NCBI GenBank assembly: GCA_963674595.2
Contig: CAXXFV010000016.1
Coordinates: 352,001 to 416,000 of the forward strand
Reading direction: 5' to 3'
DNA: 64,000 nucleotides
Source of the DNA: a bacterium
GTDB taxonomy: Bacteria > Zhuqueibacterota > Zhuqueibacteria > Residuimicrobiales > Krinioviventaceae
In this document: positions 47,864-58,911 of the stretch, piece by piece
Layout of the letters: each line of letters starts with the position of its first letter
How positions within the stretch are numbered: position 1 is the stretch's first letter
Made by a program: the position numbers and the translations under genes
The notes under the pieces: generated by a model
The model's input: the letters and a program-made list of their open reading frames with translations, nothing else
Told to the model about the DNA's origin: nothing
The model's database searches: none

Positions 47864-48784
47864 ATGAGTACAATCCATCAAATGATCAATCATCTGGACC
47901 AACAGGAACTAGAAAGCCGTCCACAGATTGAACAACAAAATAAAGAAAAACGCGGCATTTTTGTATTTGACTTGCCCAATGAGATTATAAATGATTTTTA
48001 TGATCTTAAAGAATATATCCGTATTGCCAATACTCAGGGAAAGATGCGGGTTTTGTCTATTGCCAGTTCATTGCCAGGAGAAGGTGCATCAACTATAGCG
48101 ACTTATCTTTCCTTTTTAATGGCTGGTGGATTAGTCGAAAAGTTGAATCAAAAAGAAGAGCTGCCAAAGGATGATTTTGTACAAAACAAAATTACCCAAA
48201 AATTAAACAAAATGTTTACAGAGGAATTTCAAAATATCCATTTTAATGTTCCTAAAAATAGTAAACACACGTTTGATTTTAATACTGAAGAAAAGGTACA
48301 AAGAAAAAAACAACAAAATATTCTTCTTGTTGATGCCAATATACATCGTCCAAAACTTCACCGATATTTTGGTTTGGAAGCGGATAATGGACTAGCTGAG
48401 ATTCTGGAGTTTAATAAAGATTGGCAGGATTTAGCCAAACCTATTAAAGACAGCAATCTTGAGATAATTACAGCCGGACAGACCTCCATGAACCCTGTAG
48501 AACTGTTGAGCCGTGAAAGTTTCCAGCAAGTTTTGCAGGAATGGCAGGACATGTATCGTTATGTCATATTTAACTCACCTCCGGTTTTATCTTATGTTGA
48601 TGCATTGACCCTTTCTTCTATCGTTGACGGTGTTGTTCTTGTTGTCAGTGCCGGAAAAACACGGTGGGAAGTTGCTCAAAATGCAAAACGTAAACTTTTG
48701 GCTGCACAGTCCAAACTTTTGGGTGTGGCCCTGAATAGACGAAAAATGGACATCCCTGACGGACTTTATCAACGACTCGTTTAA
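47864..48784 (+). CDS. CpsD/CapB-family tyrosine-kinase homolog with degenerate motifs
   Basis: SSLPGEGAST, LLVDANIHRP, VIFNSPP, DGVVLVV, LGVALN. Confidence 0.85.
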   Translation: MSTIHQMINHLDQQELESRPQIEQQNKEKRGIFVFDLPNEIINDFYDLKEYIRIANTQGKMRVLSIASSLPGEGASTIATYLSFLMAGGLVEKLNQKEELPKDDFVQNKITQKLNKMFTEEFQNIHFNVPKNSKHTFDFNTEEKVQRKKQQNILLVDANIHRPKLHRYFGLEADNGLAEILEFNKDWQDLAKPIKDSNLEIITAGQTSMNPVELLSRESFQQVLQEWQDMYRYVIFNSPPVLSYVDALTLSSIVDGVVLVVSAGKTRWEVAQNAKRKLLAAQSKLLGVALNRRKMDIPDGLYQRLV

Positions 48785-48806
48785 TAAAAAACAGGATATA
48801 TAATTA

Positions 48807-50306
48807 ATGTCAACTTTAACTCAAAATCGCATTTCATACAAACCATATATGGTATTTGGTTTTTTCGTGCTGGTTACCTTTGCTGCTCTTGCAGCCGGGT
48901 ATTCTACATGGGCACTGGAACCAAAATGGGCGATTTTCAGTATTGCCGGCATTCTTTTTCCGTTTGTTATGTTTATCGTACGAAATGTTAAACGATTTTT
49001 GTTAGGAACATTGATATTTTCAATTCCATTAAACGCTGATTATAACTTTGTTTTTCATCCCAGTCCGGGTGGTGCTGATAGTTTTGGAATCGGTCTCTCG
49101 GATATTCTTTTATTCCTGTTGTTGGCCTATACCTTGATGCAGGCAGCCAGAATAAAAAAGAGTGGTACTTTACAAAGTTATCCGTCGATCATGATACCTT
49201 CACTGGCACTAATAATCATGAGTTTAATCTCAATGTTGGCCGCCAAAGATATCATGTGGAGTATGTTTGATATTCTTAATATGCTTCGGGCTGTTTTATT
49301 CTTTTTCCTGGTCGCCAATAACATTCAAAATAAAAATGATATCGTTTTTATCCTGCTTATGTTGTTTTTAGGACTTGTCTTCCAGGCAGGCATTGTTTGC
49401 TTACAAGCTTTTCGGGGAACAACATTAGGCCTCGCAGGGCTTGGCGAATGGGATGGTATGATTGACTATAATATGGTTACCACTGCCGCCGTTAGACCCG
49501 GTGGCACGATCGGACACGTAAATCACCTGGCAAGATACCTGGGATTGCTTGTTCCTATCGCTCTTATTTTGTCGCTTACTTTTAAGTCTAAAAAAATTCG
49601 AATTATATCCATGTTTGTTGCCGACGCCGGGATTGTAGCACTTGTTTACACCCTTACTCGTAGCTCATGGATAGGATTGATTGTTTCAACTTTGACCATG
49701 GTTTGGCTGGCTTTTATAAATAACCACTTTAGTTTACGCGCTTTGACACGTCTCGCTTTTGCCGGAGTTGCGTTTGTCATTATCCTCGTTGTGTTTAGCG
49801 ATTTTATTTGGGGAAGAATTATTACAGATGATTTTGGATCTGCAAATACACGTATTACAACATCCAAAGTAGCTTTAAATATTATTCAGGATCATCCTGT
49901 AATTGGTGTTGGAATTAATAATTACGGTTCGGTTTTGGAACAGTATTGGAATGTTCAAGATCCTTTTACAAGACGGGCCGCTGTTCATAATAATTTTTTA
50001 CTATATGCTGCTGAAATGGGTATCATAGGCTTGGCAATATATTTATGGCTGCTGGGCGCTGCTTTTCAAAGAATACTCAGAGCAATTAAAAGTTATTCAA
50101 AGTCACTTTCAATTATTGCTATAGGTATTATGGGAAGTTTTACCGGATATCTGGTTTCTGCCTTATCTGATAAAAGTTTTAAAGAAAATCTTACATTGTT
50201 GCTGGTTTTTTGGGGACTGCTGGCGTTGATTGAAGCAATTATTCGGTTGGATAAAGAGCAAAAAAGCAAAATGGTTTTTTGGAATAAACCAAAGGAATCT
50301 CTCTAA
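48807..50306 (+). CDS. O-antigen ligase/Wzy polymerase family protein
   Basis: multi-TM, RPGGTIGHVN, TLTRSSWIG, HPVIGVGINNY, VHNNFL...AEMGIIG. Confidence 0.88.
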   Translation: MSTLTQNRISYKPYMVFGFFVLVTFAALAAGYSTWALEPKWAIFSIAGILFPFVMFIVRNVKRFLLGTLIFSIPLNADYNFVFHPSPGGADSFGIGLSDILLFLLLAYTLMQAARIKKSGTLQSYPSIMIPSLALIIMSLISMLAAKDIMWSMFDILNMLRAVLFFFLVANNIQNKNDIVFILLMLFLGLVFQAGIVCLQAFRGTTLGLAGLGEWDGMIDYNMVTTAAVRPGGTIGHVNHLARYLGLLVPIALILSLTFKSKKIRIISMFVADAGIVALVYTLTRSSWIGLIVSTLTMVWLAFINNHFSLRALTRLAFAGVAFVIILVVFSDFIWGRIITDDFGSANTRITTSKVALNIIQDHPVIGVGINNYGSVLEQYWNVQDPFTRRAAVHNNFLLYAAEMGIIGLAIYLWLLGAAFQRILRAIKSYSKSLSIIAIGIMGSFTGYLVSALSDKSFKENLTLLLVFWGLLALIEAIIRLDKEQKSKMVFWNKPKESL

Positions 50307-51115
50307 TGAACTCTAAGGAAATATCACGATTTATCGGTAAAAATATTCTGTTAAGGAAAATCGGTTTTTTTCTTATTTCCATAACAACCCTTCGTGAATG
50401 GTATATCCAAAAAGCACTGAACCAAATTCTTGCTCAAATTAACAAACCATTTGATTTTTTGGACGCCGGTAGTGGTATGGGACAACATGCAATTGATGTC
50501 GCTTCTACATTCCCAAATGCCCGGGTCACCGGTATAGAGCTGGACGAAGAACAAGTTCAGGACTGCAACTTTTTTGCACTGAAATCAGGATTGAAAAATT
50601 TCGAGTTTGTTCAGGGTGATTTGTCAAATTTTCAACAGGACAAAATGTATGACGTTATTTTGTGCGCCAGTGTTTTGGAACATATTTCAGATGATATGGG
50701 AACACTGACCCGCTTGAATAATACTTTAAAAAATAACGGTTATGTTTTGATATATGTGCCTTCCAGTGAACAACGGGTTTTGGCTTCTCTGGAACGTAAA
50801 ATTAATGCGATAACTGAAAAAGAAAATAAAAAATATCCTCATGAACATGTAAGATACTATAGTGAAGAAGAATTACATGAAAAGTTAAACAAAACAGGTT
50901 TTAACGTTATTGATTCGATTATTACTTATGGTTCCTTTGGACGTTTGGCTTATGATATTGTAACAAGCGTTCAGTACAGTTCATTATTTAAATATATTTT
51001 TCCGTTTTATTTAATGTTGGTCCATCCTTTTGTTATGCTGTTAATGTGGGCTGATTATAAAAGAAATAATAAAGACGGCAACGGTTTGATGATTGTTGCA
51101 CAGAAAAAAAATTAA
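50306..51115 (+). CDS. class I SAM-dependent methyltransferase
   Basis: LDAGSGMG, YDVILCASVLEHI, HVRYY. Confidence 0.88.
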   Translation: MNSKEISRFIGKNILLRKIGFFLISITTLREWYIQKALNQILAQINKPFDFLDAGSGMGQHAIDVASTFPNARVTGIELDEEQVQDCNFFALKSGLKNFEFVQGDLSNFQQDKMYDVILCASVLEHISDDMGTLTRLNNTLKNNGYVLIYVPSSEQRVLASLERKINAITEKENKKYPHEHVRYYSEEELHEKLNKTGFNVIDSIITYGSFGRLAYDIVTSVQYSSLFKYIFPFYLMLVHPFVMLLMWADYKRNNKDGNGLMIVAQKKN

Positions 51116-51130
51116 TCAAGGTTAAAGCAA

Positions 51131-52555
51131 ATGACGATTTTAAAATCTATAATAACTAATACGGCTGCCAGAACATTGACCGAAATGATAAATCGGTTGG
51201 GTTCGGCTGTATTTTGGATTTTTGTCGCTCGCTATTTGGGAGCCTCGGGCCTCGGCGCCGTCGCATTTGCTTTATCCTTGTTTTCATTCTTTAATGTTAT
51301 TTCTTCTTTCGGACTGGGATCCGTATTGGTTCGCGATGTGGCAAAAAACAAAAAAATTGCCGGTTCACTTTATTCTCATATATCCGTTATTGGTTTTATT
51401 TCTTCAATAATATTTGCAGCATTGATGATCGGTTTAACGGTTATCATCAATCCGCAGCATGATACATTTTTGGCTTCAGTAATCATGGCTTTTGCTTTGA
51501 TTCCGTCTACTGCCTTTTTATGGGGCCGGGCATTTTTTACAGCTAAAGAAAAAACCGGATATATTGCCGGTGCCCGGGCCGCAGAAAATATTTTTAAAAT
51601 AACGGCAGGTTTAATCGTTCTGAATTTAGGCGGCGGTATTTTGTATGTCGCGCTTGTTATTGCGGCCAGCAAAATTGTTTCCAGCGTATTGATAAATGTT
51701 TTGGTTGTTACCAAAGTTGTTAAACCTGTCTGGAAATATAACAGCAATGTCATACGCTATTTATTAAAACAAATACCCTCGTTCTCTTTTATTGCTGTAT
51801 TTAACTCGGCATTTTGGGCCTCATCAATTATTCTGTTAACAGAAATTAAAGGTGAAGCTGTTGCCGGTGTTTTTACGGCCGCTTTTAAATTGGTTGATAT
51901 TGGCGTTGCAATCCTTGCTGCCTATGGTCAGGCCTTTTTTCCGATTGCTTCCCGCACTTTTGAAAAAAGGACCGAAATTTTTCAAATGCTTTTGAAAAAA
52001 TCCATAAAATATTGTATTACCGGTGCATTGGCAGCAGCAACAGTTATTTATATTTTAGCTCCACATTTGGTACACCTGTTATATGGCGAAACGATGGCCG
52101 AATCCGTTCAGGTATTAAGAATTTTGGTTTGGCTGCTGGTTCCATTTGCCATAGTACCGACTCTTGCTTTTACACTTATTGTTCATAACCAGCAAAAATT
52201 TGATTTAAAAGCAAATGCTTTGGCTTTTTTAACATTAATAACCATGCATTTTTTATTGGTACCCCAACATGGTGCAATAGGGGCTGCTATTGCCCTGGTA
52301 TGTGGTGCATTGATGTTTGCAGGTTATGAGTTTTGGTCTGTTAGAAAATTGGTTTTTCAGATGGATATTTCAATTTCACATATAAAACCATTTATAAACC
52401 TGGCTGTAATGGCTGGTGTGGTTTGGTTACTTAAAGATGTTAATATGTGGGTAGCGGCTTTTTCTGGCTTGATGATTTTAATCGCTACTATGCGATTTAC
52501 AGGCACAATAACTGACTATGAAATTCATTTTGTCAGACAGTTAAAGACGTTTTAG
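51131..52555 (+). CDS. wzx: Wzx flippase
   Basis: VARYLGASGLG, FGL...LVRDVA, AGVFTAAFKL, LVPQHGAIGAAIA. Confidence 0.9.
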   Translation: MTILKSIITNTAARTLTEMINRLGSAVFWIFVARYLGASGLGAVAFALSLFSFFNVISSFGLGSVLVRDVAKNKKIAGSLYSHISVIGFISSIIFAALMIGLTVIINPQHDTFLASVIMAFALIPSTAFLWGRAFFTAKEKTGYIAGARAAENIFKITAGLIVLNLGGGILYVALVIAASKIVSSVLINVLVVTKVVKPVWKYNSNVIRYLLKQIPSFSFIAVFNSAFWASSIILLTEIKGEAVAGVFTAAFKLVDIGVAILAAYGQAFFPIASRTFEKRTEIFQMLLKKSIKYCITGALAAATVIYILAPHLVHLLYGETMAESVQVLRILVWLLVPFAIVPTLAFTLIVHNQQKFDLKANALAFLTLITMHFLLVPQHGAIGAAIALVCGALMFAGYEFWSVRKLVFQMDISISHIKPFINLAVMAGVVWLLKDVNMWVAAFSGLMILIATMRFTGTITDYEIHFVRQLKTF

Positions 52556-52561
52556 GAGCAG

Positions 52562-53545
52562 ATGAAAGAAATGGAAACAAAATTTAATATAAAACCCCGA
52601 GTCTCTGTTGTCATTCCTACGCGTAATCGTTGGTCTGCTTTAAAAGATGTGCTTTATGCATTGGAAAGACAGGATTGTTCCCGGTATAGCTTTGAAGTTG
52701 TTGTTGTCGATGATGGTTCGAATGACGAAACGCCTCAACGCCTTGAAGAATTCGGCCAACAGACAAACATTCAATTCCGTTATGTTAAAAGTTCCAGCGG
52801 CGCAGCCGGTAATGCGAGAAATATCGGTATCGAAAATTCAAATGGTGATTTGGTACTGTTTTTAGATACGGATACCGTCCCGGCAAACGATGTTGTAAGG
52901 CAACATTTAAAACTGCACAATCAATTTGTTGATACATTGGGTTGTATTATGGGAAATGTGAAAATGGCTGACGAATTGGTCAAGCCGGAACAAGCCCGAT
53001 TGTGGGAAACAGATTGGTCTTTGGATTCATCAGAGTTGCAGCAGGTCGATTTTTGGAAATACCGTACGGCAAATACTTCGTTACAACGTTCTTTGTTCGA
53101 TATTGCAGGCGGTTTTCACAACAAAATGGTAGCTGCTGAAGATACCGAATTGGCATATCGGTTGAATAAGATGGGCGTTCAGTTTTTTTATGATAATAGT
53201 ATTGTTGCCACACATTATCATCCTATGGATTTGAAAGATTTTTTGAAAAAAGCGTCCATGTATGGAACTGCCGTAGGATGTTGGTATCTGGAAAATAAAG
53301 AGTTAAGGAAAAATCTGGTTTTACGTTATGGTGTCTATGCGAGAGAGCTTCCTTTTGTGAAAAAATTCAAGTATGGCATCCGTGTTTTGTTTGTCAACCG
53401 TTTAACAATGCCGTTTATTTTATTGGCTGGAAAAATTACGAGACGGGTTTGGCTGGATGCTTCAGAAATATTATACAACTGTGCATATCGATATAAAACG
53501 CGGCGGGCGTTTCACAAGTATTTGGCGACCGCCACAGGCAAGTAA
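52562..53545 (+). CDS. glycosyltransferase family 2
   Basis: VSVVIPTRNR, VVVDDGSND, ARNIG, FLDTD, EDTELAYRL. Confidence 0.93.
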   Translation: MKEMETKFNIKPRVSVVIPTRNRWSALKDVLYALERQDCSRYSFEVVVVDDGSNDETPQRLEEFGQQTNIQFRYVKSSSGAAGNARNIGIENSNGDLVLFLDTDTVPANDVVRQHLKLHNQFVDTLGCIMGNVKMADELVKPEQARLWETDWSLDSSELQQVDFWKYRTANTSLQRSLFDIAGGFHNKMVAAEDTELAYRLNKMGVQFFYDNSIVATHYHPMDLKDFLKKASMYGTAVGCWYLENKELRKNLVLRYGVYARELPFVKKFKYGIRVLFVNRLTMPFILLAGKITRRVWLDASEILYNCAYRYKTRRAFHKYLATATGK

Positions 53546-53568
53546 ATAGACAAAGTGTAAGGTTTGAA

Positions 53569-54822
53569 ATGCGGATATTAATGACAAATTGGCTATATGT
53601 TCCAGAATTTTCAGGGGGCGCATTGCAATGTCATAGGCTTTCATTAAAACTGGCTAAAATGGGATTTGATGTTGAGGTACTTGCCGGTACGGATAATTAT
53701 GATCTTGTTGGTCCCGGCGAAGTTGATGGAATTCCTGTAACCCGAGTTTTACGTGACAAATCCAGTCGTGCCAGTCACATTAAATACGGTTGGGAAATTT
53801 TCCATTATATCATTAAAAATAAAAATCGTTATGACGTCATTCATTCCCATGGTTTTCACGCTACTGTTAATTTGGCTGCCCGTTTAACTGGTATTCCATT
53901 AGTACAAAAAATAACCAATTTACACGTGGACGATCCTTTGGCTGTACGCCGTCGTCGTTTTGGTCATTTTATTATGCGCGTTTATCAAATGGCACGGGTT
54001 GTAATTACAACTTCTGGTCTGTTGGAAGAAATAACACAACAAACTTTGCCTATAACAAAATATACCAGAATTCGAAATGGTGTGGATACCAACCTGTTTC
54101 GGCCATTACTTACGGAACAAAAGCTGGCTCTTAGAAAAAAATTCAATATATCACCCGAGAAAATCGTCCTTATCTCTGTGGGCTCTTTAACCCCCAACAA
54201 GGGATTGGATACATTGCTTGATGCTATTAAAGTTTTAAATAAAGACATTTTAAACAAAATTGAATTATGGGTTGTTGGACCGCAAAACTGTAAAAAGTCG
54301 ATTGGTCTGTTTGATCCCCGAGTTGAAAAATATGTACAAAAAATATATAAAAAAGTAACAGACTATAAGTTGAAAAAAGTAATTCGGTTTTGGGGCAACC
54401 AGGAAAGAATTTATGAATTTTTACAGGCAGCCGATGTTTATGTCCATCCCAGTAAGCAGGAAGGACAGCCAAATGCACTGCTGGAAGCAATGTCTTGTGC
54501 TTTACCGACTGTTGCGCACACTATTCCTGGTATTACTGATGAAATTATTCAAACCGGACGATTTGGTTACCTTGTGGACTGTAATGACAGTCCAATGTTT
54601 GCAGCAGCATTGCGGGTTTTAATTAAAAACCCATCAATTCGTGAAAGACTTGGTGAAAATGCTCGATTGGAAATTAAACAAAATTATGATTTGTGGTATA
54701 TTGCTCAGAAATATTCCATGCTTTATTACAGATTAACACATAATGACCCAAAAAAGTTTAATAATTACCAGCAGCTCGTTCAATTAACAAGGGATATCGG
54801 TAAAAATGCGAATAAAAAATAA
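53569..54822 (+). CDS. glycosyltransferase family 4
   Basis: IRNGVD...F, VGSL...KG, PSKQEGQPNALLEAMS. Confidence 0.93.
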   Translation: MRILMTNWLYVPEFSGGALQCHRLSLKLAKMGFDVEVLAGTDNYDLVGPGEVDGIPVTRVLRDKSSRASHIKYGWEIFHYIIKNKNRYDVIHSHGFHATVNLAARLTGIPLVQKITNLHVDDPLAVRRRRFGHFIMRVYQMARVVITTSGLLEEITQQTLPITKYTRIRNGVDTNLFRPLLTEQKLALRKKFNISPEKIVLISVGSLTPNKGLDTLLDAIKVLNKDILNKIELWVVGPQNCKKSIGLFDPRVEKYVQKIYKKVTDYKLKKVIRFWGNQERIYEFLQAADVYVHPSKQEGQPNALLEAMSCALPTVAHTIPGITDEIIQTGRFGYLVDCNDSPMFAAALRVLIKNPSIRERLGENARLEIKQNYDLWYIAQKYSMLYYRLTHNDPKKFNNYQQLVQLTRDIGKNANKK

Positions 54823-56158
54823 TGATTTGAACATGACTGTGGCGTTGACGAGTTTTCGTAATCGACTTATTAAAAGAACGTTAAGCCCTTATAGAAAGTA
54901 TCAAAAGTTTCTGGATACTTCTCAATGGTGGTCCAAAACTCAGATACAGGATTATCAAATAAAACAAATCCAAAAAATGGTATCAAGAGCTTTCAAACAT
55001 GTTTTTTATTATAAAACAATCATGTCTGTTTATGGTGTTCGTCCGCAGGATATTCAGTCTTTTGATGACCTTGACAGATTACCGATTCTTGAAAAAGAAG
55101 ACGTTCGTACCTTTCATAATGAAATGGTATCAAATGATATGATAGATTCCACATTATACAAATGTCATACAAGTGGAACGACAGGTAAACCGTTAACATT
55201 ATACCGTGATCTGGATAACGTAGGTTTTGAATATGCTATTTTACAACGACAGAAATTATGGGCAGGCCTGAAAGGCAAAAGCCTGATAGCAACTTTAAAA
55301 GGTGATTTAATTCCTGAGAAAAGCATAAAGAATAATGTTTATTGGGCATTCAGTCCTTTTGAAAACAAGCTCATGATGTCATCATTACATATATCGGAAA
55401 AAACAGTTGATGATTACATTACCGCCTTGCGAAGATATCAACCACAAGCAATCGATGGATATCCTTCTTCAATTTATATACTGGCTAAATTTATGTTGAA
55501 GAAAAATTTACGATTTCCTTTAAAAGCTGTTTTAACCTCTTCAGAAACGTTGAGTCCGAACCATAAATCGGTTATTGAAAAAGCGTTTGCCTGTCCCGTG
55601 TATGATTATTATGGTATGGCTGAACGTATTGCTGCTATCCATACCTGTGAACATGGAAATTATCATATTGTTCCTGAATACAGCTATATAGAATTTGGCA
55701 GACGTCCGGGATTGACTGATAACAGTTATGAAATAATTGGTACTGCTTTTTCAAATCGCGCTATGCCGCTGATCCGTTATCGTATTGGTGATGTTGTTAA
55801 ATTAAGTGATAAAACATGTGCCTGTGGCAGAGAATTCCCAGTCGTTGAAAGTGTTATTGGACGCATAGATGATTATATCGTTACACCAAGCGGTAAAGTG
55901 ATCGGCAGGTTGAATAATGTTGTTAAATATTCTCATAATTGTAAAGAAACACAAATTTACCAGCCGGATATTAATAATCTGGTAGTAAGAATTGTGCCGG
56001 ATAAATTTTTTACTAAAAATGATGGTGATGTTATTCTCAATAGGCTTCAACGCCGGATTGGAGAAAAAATGCATTGCCGACTCGAAAATGTTTCATCCAT
56101 TCCTCGAAGTAGTCGAGGAAAATTTAAAGCCGTTATATCTAAAGTTAATGCTTTTTAA
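54806..56158 (+). CDS. CapK/PaaK-like adenylate-forming ligase
   Basis: LPILEKE, TSGTTGKP, DYYGMAE, MPLIRYRIGD, GRIDD, GKFK. Confidence 0.9.
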   Translation: MRIKNNDLNMTVALTSFRNRLIKRTLSPYRKYQKFLDTSQWWSKTQIQDYQIKQIQKMVSRAFKHVFYYKTIMSVYGVRPQDIQSFDDLDRLPILEKEDVRTFHNEMVSNDMIDSTLYKCHTSGTTGKPLTLYRDLDNVGFEYAILQRQKLWAGLKGKSLIATLKGDLIPEKSIKNNVYWAFSPFENKLMMSSLHISEKTVDDYITALRRYQPQAIDGYPSSIYILAKFMLKKNLRFPLKAVLTSSETLSPNHKSVIEKAFACPVYDYYGMAERIAAIHTCEHGNYHIVPEYSYIEFGRRPGLTDNSYEIIGTAFSNRAMPLIRYRIGDVVKLSDKTCACGREFPVVESVIGRIDDYIVTPSGKVIGRLNNVVKYSHNCKETQIYQPDINNLVVRIVPDKFFTKNDGDVILNRLQRRIGEKMHCRLENVSSIPRSSRGKFKAVISKVNAF

Positions 56159-56182
56159 GATGGGCTGAAGGGAGACGGGAAG

Positions 56183-57505
56183 ATGAATATAAGTATTTTT
56201 GGATTAGGATATGTAGGTTGTGTCTCTGCGGCATGCTTTGCGCAAATGGGACATAAAGTGATCGGTGTTGATGTTCGACTGGATAAGGTGAAAATGTTTA
56301 ACAAGGGAATTTCCCCAATTATTGAAAAGGACATTGATTCCATCGTACGCGAACAGGTCGAAAATATGAACCTGCGAGCGACCACCCAGGCTAAAAACGC
56401 TGTTAAAAAATCAGATGTTTTATTTATCTGTGTCGGTACACCAAGTAATGCCAATGGCAGTCTGAATTTTGATTATGTTGAAAGAGTTTGTACCGAGATC
56501 GGAACAGAATTAAAAGAAAAGGAAGCTTTTACTTCTGTTGTATTGCGCAGCACAGTATTACCGGGTGTTGCTGAAGAGGTTGCTATTAATGCTTTGGAAA
56601 AAAGTTCCGGTAAAACCGCTGGTGTTGATTTTGGTTTTGCTTTAAATCCCGAATTTTTGAGAGAAGGCACTTCAGTATATGATTTTTATCATCCTCCCAA
56701 AACCGTTATCGGTGAGCTGGATGAAAAAACAAGTTCTATTCTTGAAGAGCTTTATAAACCTATAGATGCACCTATTTTTAAACTCGGCATACCGGAAGCA
56801 TCCATGATCAAATATTCGGATAATGCTTTTCATGCCGTCAAGGTTGCATTTGCCAATGAAATCGGCCGAATGTGTAAACAATTTAACGTTGACAGCCGCA
56901 AGGTCATGGAAGTGTTTACTCAGGATGTAAAATTGAATCTTTCATCCTATTATTTAAAGCCGGGTTTTGCTTTTGGTGGTTCTTGTCTTCCAAAGGACCT
57001 TCGTGCCATCACTCATAAAGCACGGCAAAATGATGTTTCTGTTCCTTTACTGGAATCAGCCATGGAAAGCAATGAAGAACACATTCGTCATGCTTTGGAT
57101 ATTGTTCAGGAAAACGGACGAAAACGTGTCGGTGTTTTGGGTTTGAGTTTTAAAAGCGGTACTGACGATATGCGTGAAAGCCCGGTTGTTACCATGATCG
57201 AGCAATTGATCGGTAAAGGATATAAAGTAAAAATTTATGATAAAAACGTTTCTATTGCCCGACTTATCGGTTCCAATAAAGACTATATTAAAAAAGAAAT
57301 TCCACATATAGCAAAGTTAATGTGTGATTCCGTCAAAGAAGTACTTGATCAGTCCGACGTTGTTGTTGTCGGCAATCCGTCCAAAGAACATGAAGTTGTA
57401 CTTGGCGAACTGAAAAATGGCCACAAGATTATCGATCTTTCTGGTCTGCAAAATGCTAAAAACGGAAATTTAAAAGAGGTAAATTATGAAGGCATATGCT
57501 GGTAA
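56183..57505 (+). CDS. UDP-glucose/GDP-mannose 6-dehydrogenase (AlgD-like)
   Basis: FGLGYVG, ICVGTP, NPEFLREG, FGGSCLPKD, LSFKSGTDDMRESP. Confidence 0.94.
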   Translation: MNISIFGLGYVGCVSAACFAQMGHKVIGVDVRLDKVKMFNKGISPIIEKDIDSIVREQVENMNLRATTQAKNAVKKSDVLFICVGTPSNANGSLNFDYVERVCTEIGTELKEKEAFTSVVLRSTVLPGVAEEVAINALEKSSGKTAGVDFGFALNPEFLREGTSVYDFYHPPKTVIGELDEKTSSILEELYKPIDAPIFKLGIPEASMIKYSDNAFHAVKVAFANEIGRMCKQFNVDSRKVMEVFTQDVKLNLSSYYLKPGFAFGGSCLPKDLRAITHKARQNDVSVPLLESAMESNEEHIRHALDIVQENGRKRVGVLGLSFKSGTDDMRESPVVTMIEQLIGKGYKVKIYDKNVSIARLIGSNKDYIKKEIPHIAKLMCDSVKEVLDQSDVVVVGNPSKEHEVVLGELKNGHKIIDLSGLQNAKNGNLKEVNYEGICW

Positions 57506-58895
57506 AGTTTTGATGATCGTTCAAAATCTTCCAGTCCCGTTTGATCGAAGAGTGTGGTTGGAAGCACGGACATTAACAGATAATGGTTATAAAGTATCTG
57601 TTATTTGCCCGAAATCAAAAGAATATTCAAAAAGTTATGAAAAGATTGAAAATATAGCTATTTATCGTTATAAAATGCCGGTGAATGCCGAAGGTGTTTT
57701 AAGCTACTTTATGGAATTTGCCTATGCCTGGTTGGCAACAGCATTGTTATCCTTAAAAGTTTTATTCCGTGAAGGATTTGATGTTATTCAGGCATGTAAT
57801 CCTCCGGATACTTATTTTCTTCTCGGTTTGATTTACAAGCTTTTTGGTAAAGAATATATTTTTGATCATCACGATCTGTCTCCTGAAATGTTTATGGCCA
57901 AGTATAATGATAAAAAGAATTTTTTATACAAAGCACTGCTCATTTTGGAAAAATTAACCATTCGTACGGCCAAAGTTGTACTCGTTACCAACAAGTCCTA
58001 TAAAAAAACGGCTGTTGAACGCGGCGGCAAAAACCCGGATGATGTTTTTGTTTTGCGAACCGGACCGGATTTGAACAGACTGCACATCGTTTCAACAAGT
58101 GATGAGTTAAAACGTGGTAAAAAGTATTTGGTTTGTTACCTTGGTGAAATGTGTCCCCAAGATGGTGTCGATTATTTACTGCATTCTGTAGACCATTTAT
58201 TGCATACATTTCGACGTGATGATGTTGCTGTTACTTTAATAGGTGGTGGTCCGGCAATGCAGCAGCTTAAAGAGATGAGTGAAAATATGGGACTTGATGA
58301 TGTTGTGGAATTTACCGGTAGAATTTCGGATGCGGAACTTTGCCGCTATCTTTCAACGGCTGATGTTTGTGTTGATCCGGATCCCTATTCCGAATGGGCC
58401 AACCATTCAACCATGAATAAAATATTGGAATATATGACTTTTGGTAAGCCTATTGTATCCTATGATTTGGTTGAAACCTATAATTCCGCCAAAAAAGCGG
58501 CTGTTTACGCCAAACCGAATGATACCATAGAGTTTGCAGAAAAAATTAATATGCTGCTTAATGACAAGTTTCGTCGGGAGCAAATGGGTCGTTATGGCCG
58601 GGTTCGTATTCTTGAAAAATTGGCCTGGAAACATACTCATAAATCCTTGTTGGAAGCCTATGATAAAGTTTTTGCCGGAACCAAACCTGTTGTTGCCGAA
58701 GCAAAGAGAAAACCTGCTTCCAGAAAGCTGTTGACATTCCATCACGAATTAATGCAGAAAATCGGTTTTTCAGATACCAGACAGGTTCAGTCTCGTCAAA
58801 GCAGTGAAAAAGTTAAAGATGTAAAAAAGATAAACTGGGACACAAATCATAACGTTGAAGAAAAAGAGAAAATGATTGTGTCTGAAAAAATCTAA
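57486..58895 (+). CDS. glycosyltransferase family 4 (WbuB-like)
   Basis: VQNLPVPFDRRVW, ACNPPD, FDHHDL.PE, STMNKILEYM. Confidence 0.92.
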   Translation: MKAYAGKVLMIVQNLPVPFDRRVWLEARTLTDNGYKVSVICPKSKEYSKSYEKIENIAIYRYKMPVNAEGVLSYFMEFAYAWLATALLSLKVLFREGFDVIQACNPPDTYFLLGLIYKLFGKEYIFDHHDLSPEMFMAKYNDKKNFLYKALLILEKLTIRTAKVVLVTNKSYKKTAVERGGKNPDDVFVLRTGPDLNRLHIVSTSDELKRGKKYLVCYLGEMCPQDGVDYLLHSVDHLLHTFRRDDVAVTLIGGGPAMQQLKEMSENMGLDDVVEFTGRISDAELCRYLSTADVCVDPDPYSEWANHSTMNKILEYMTFGKPIVSYDLVETYNSAKKAAVYAKPNDTIEFAEKINMLLNDKFRREQMGRYGRVRILEKLAWKHTHKSLLEAYDKVFAGTKPVVAEAKRKPASRKLLTFHHELMQKIGFSDTRQVQSRQSSEKVKDVKKINWDTNHNVEEKEKMIVSEKI

Positions 58896-58911
58896 GGTTT
58901 GAAATTGGGTT

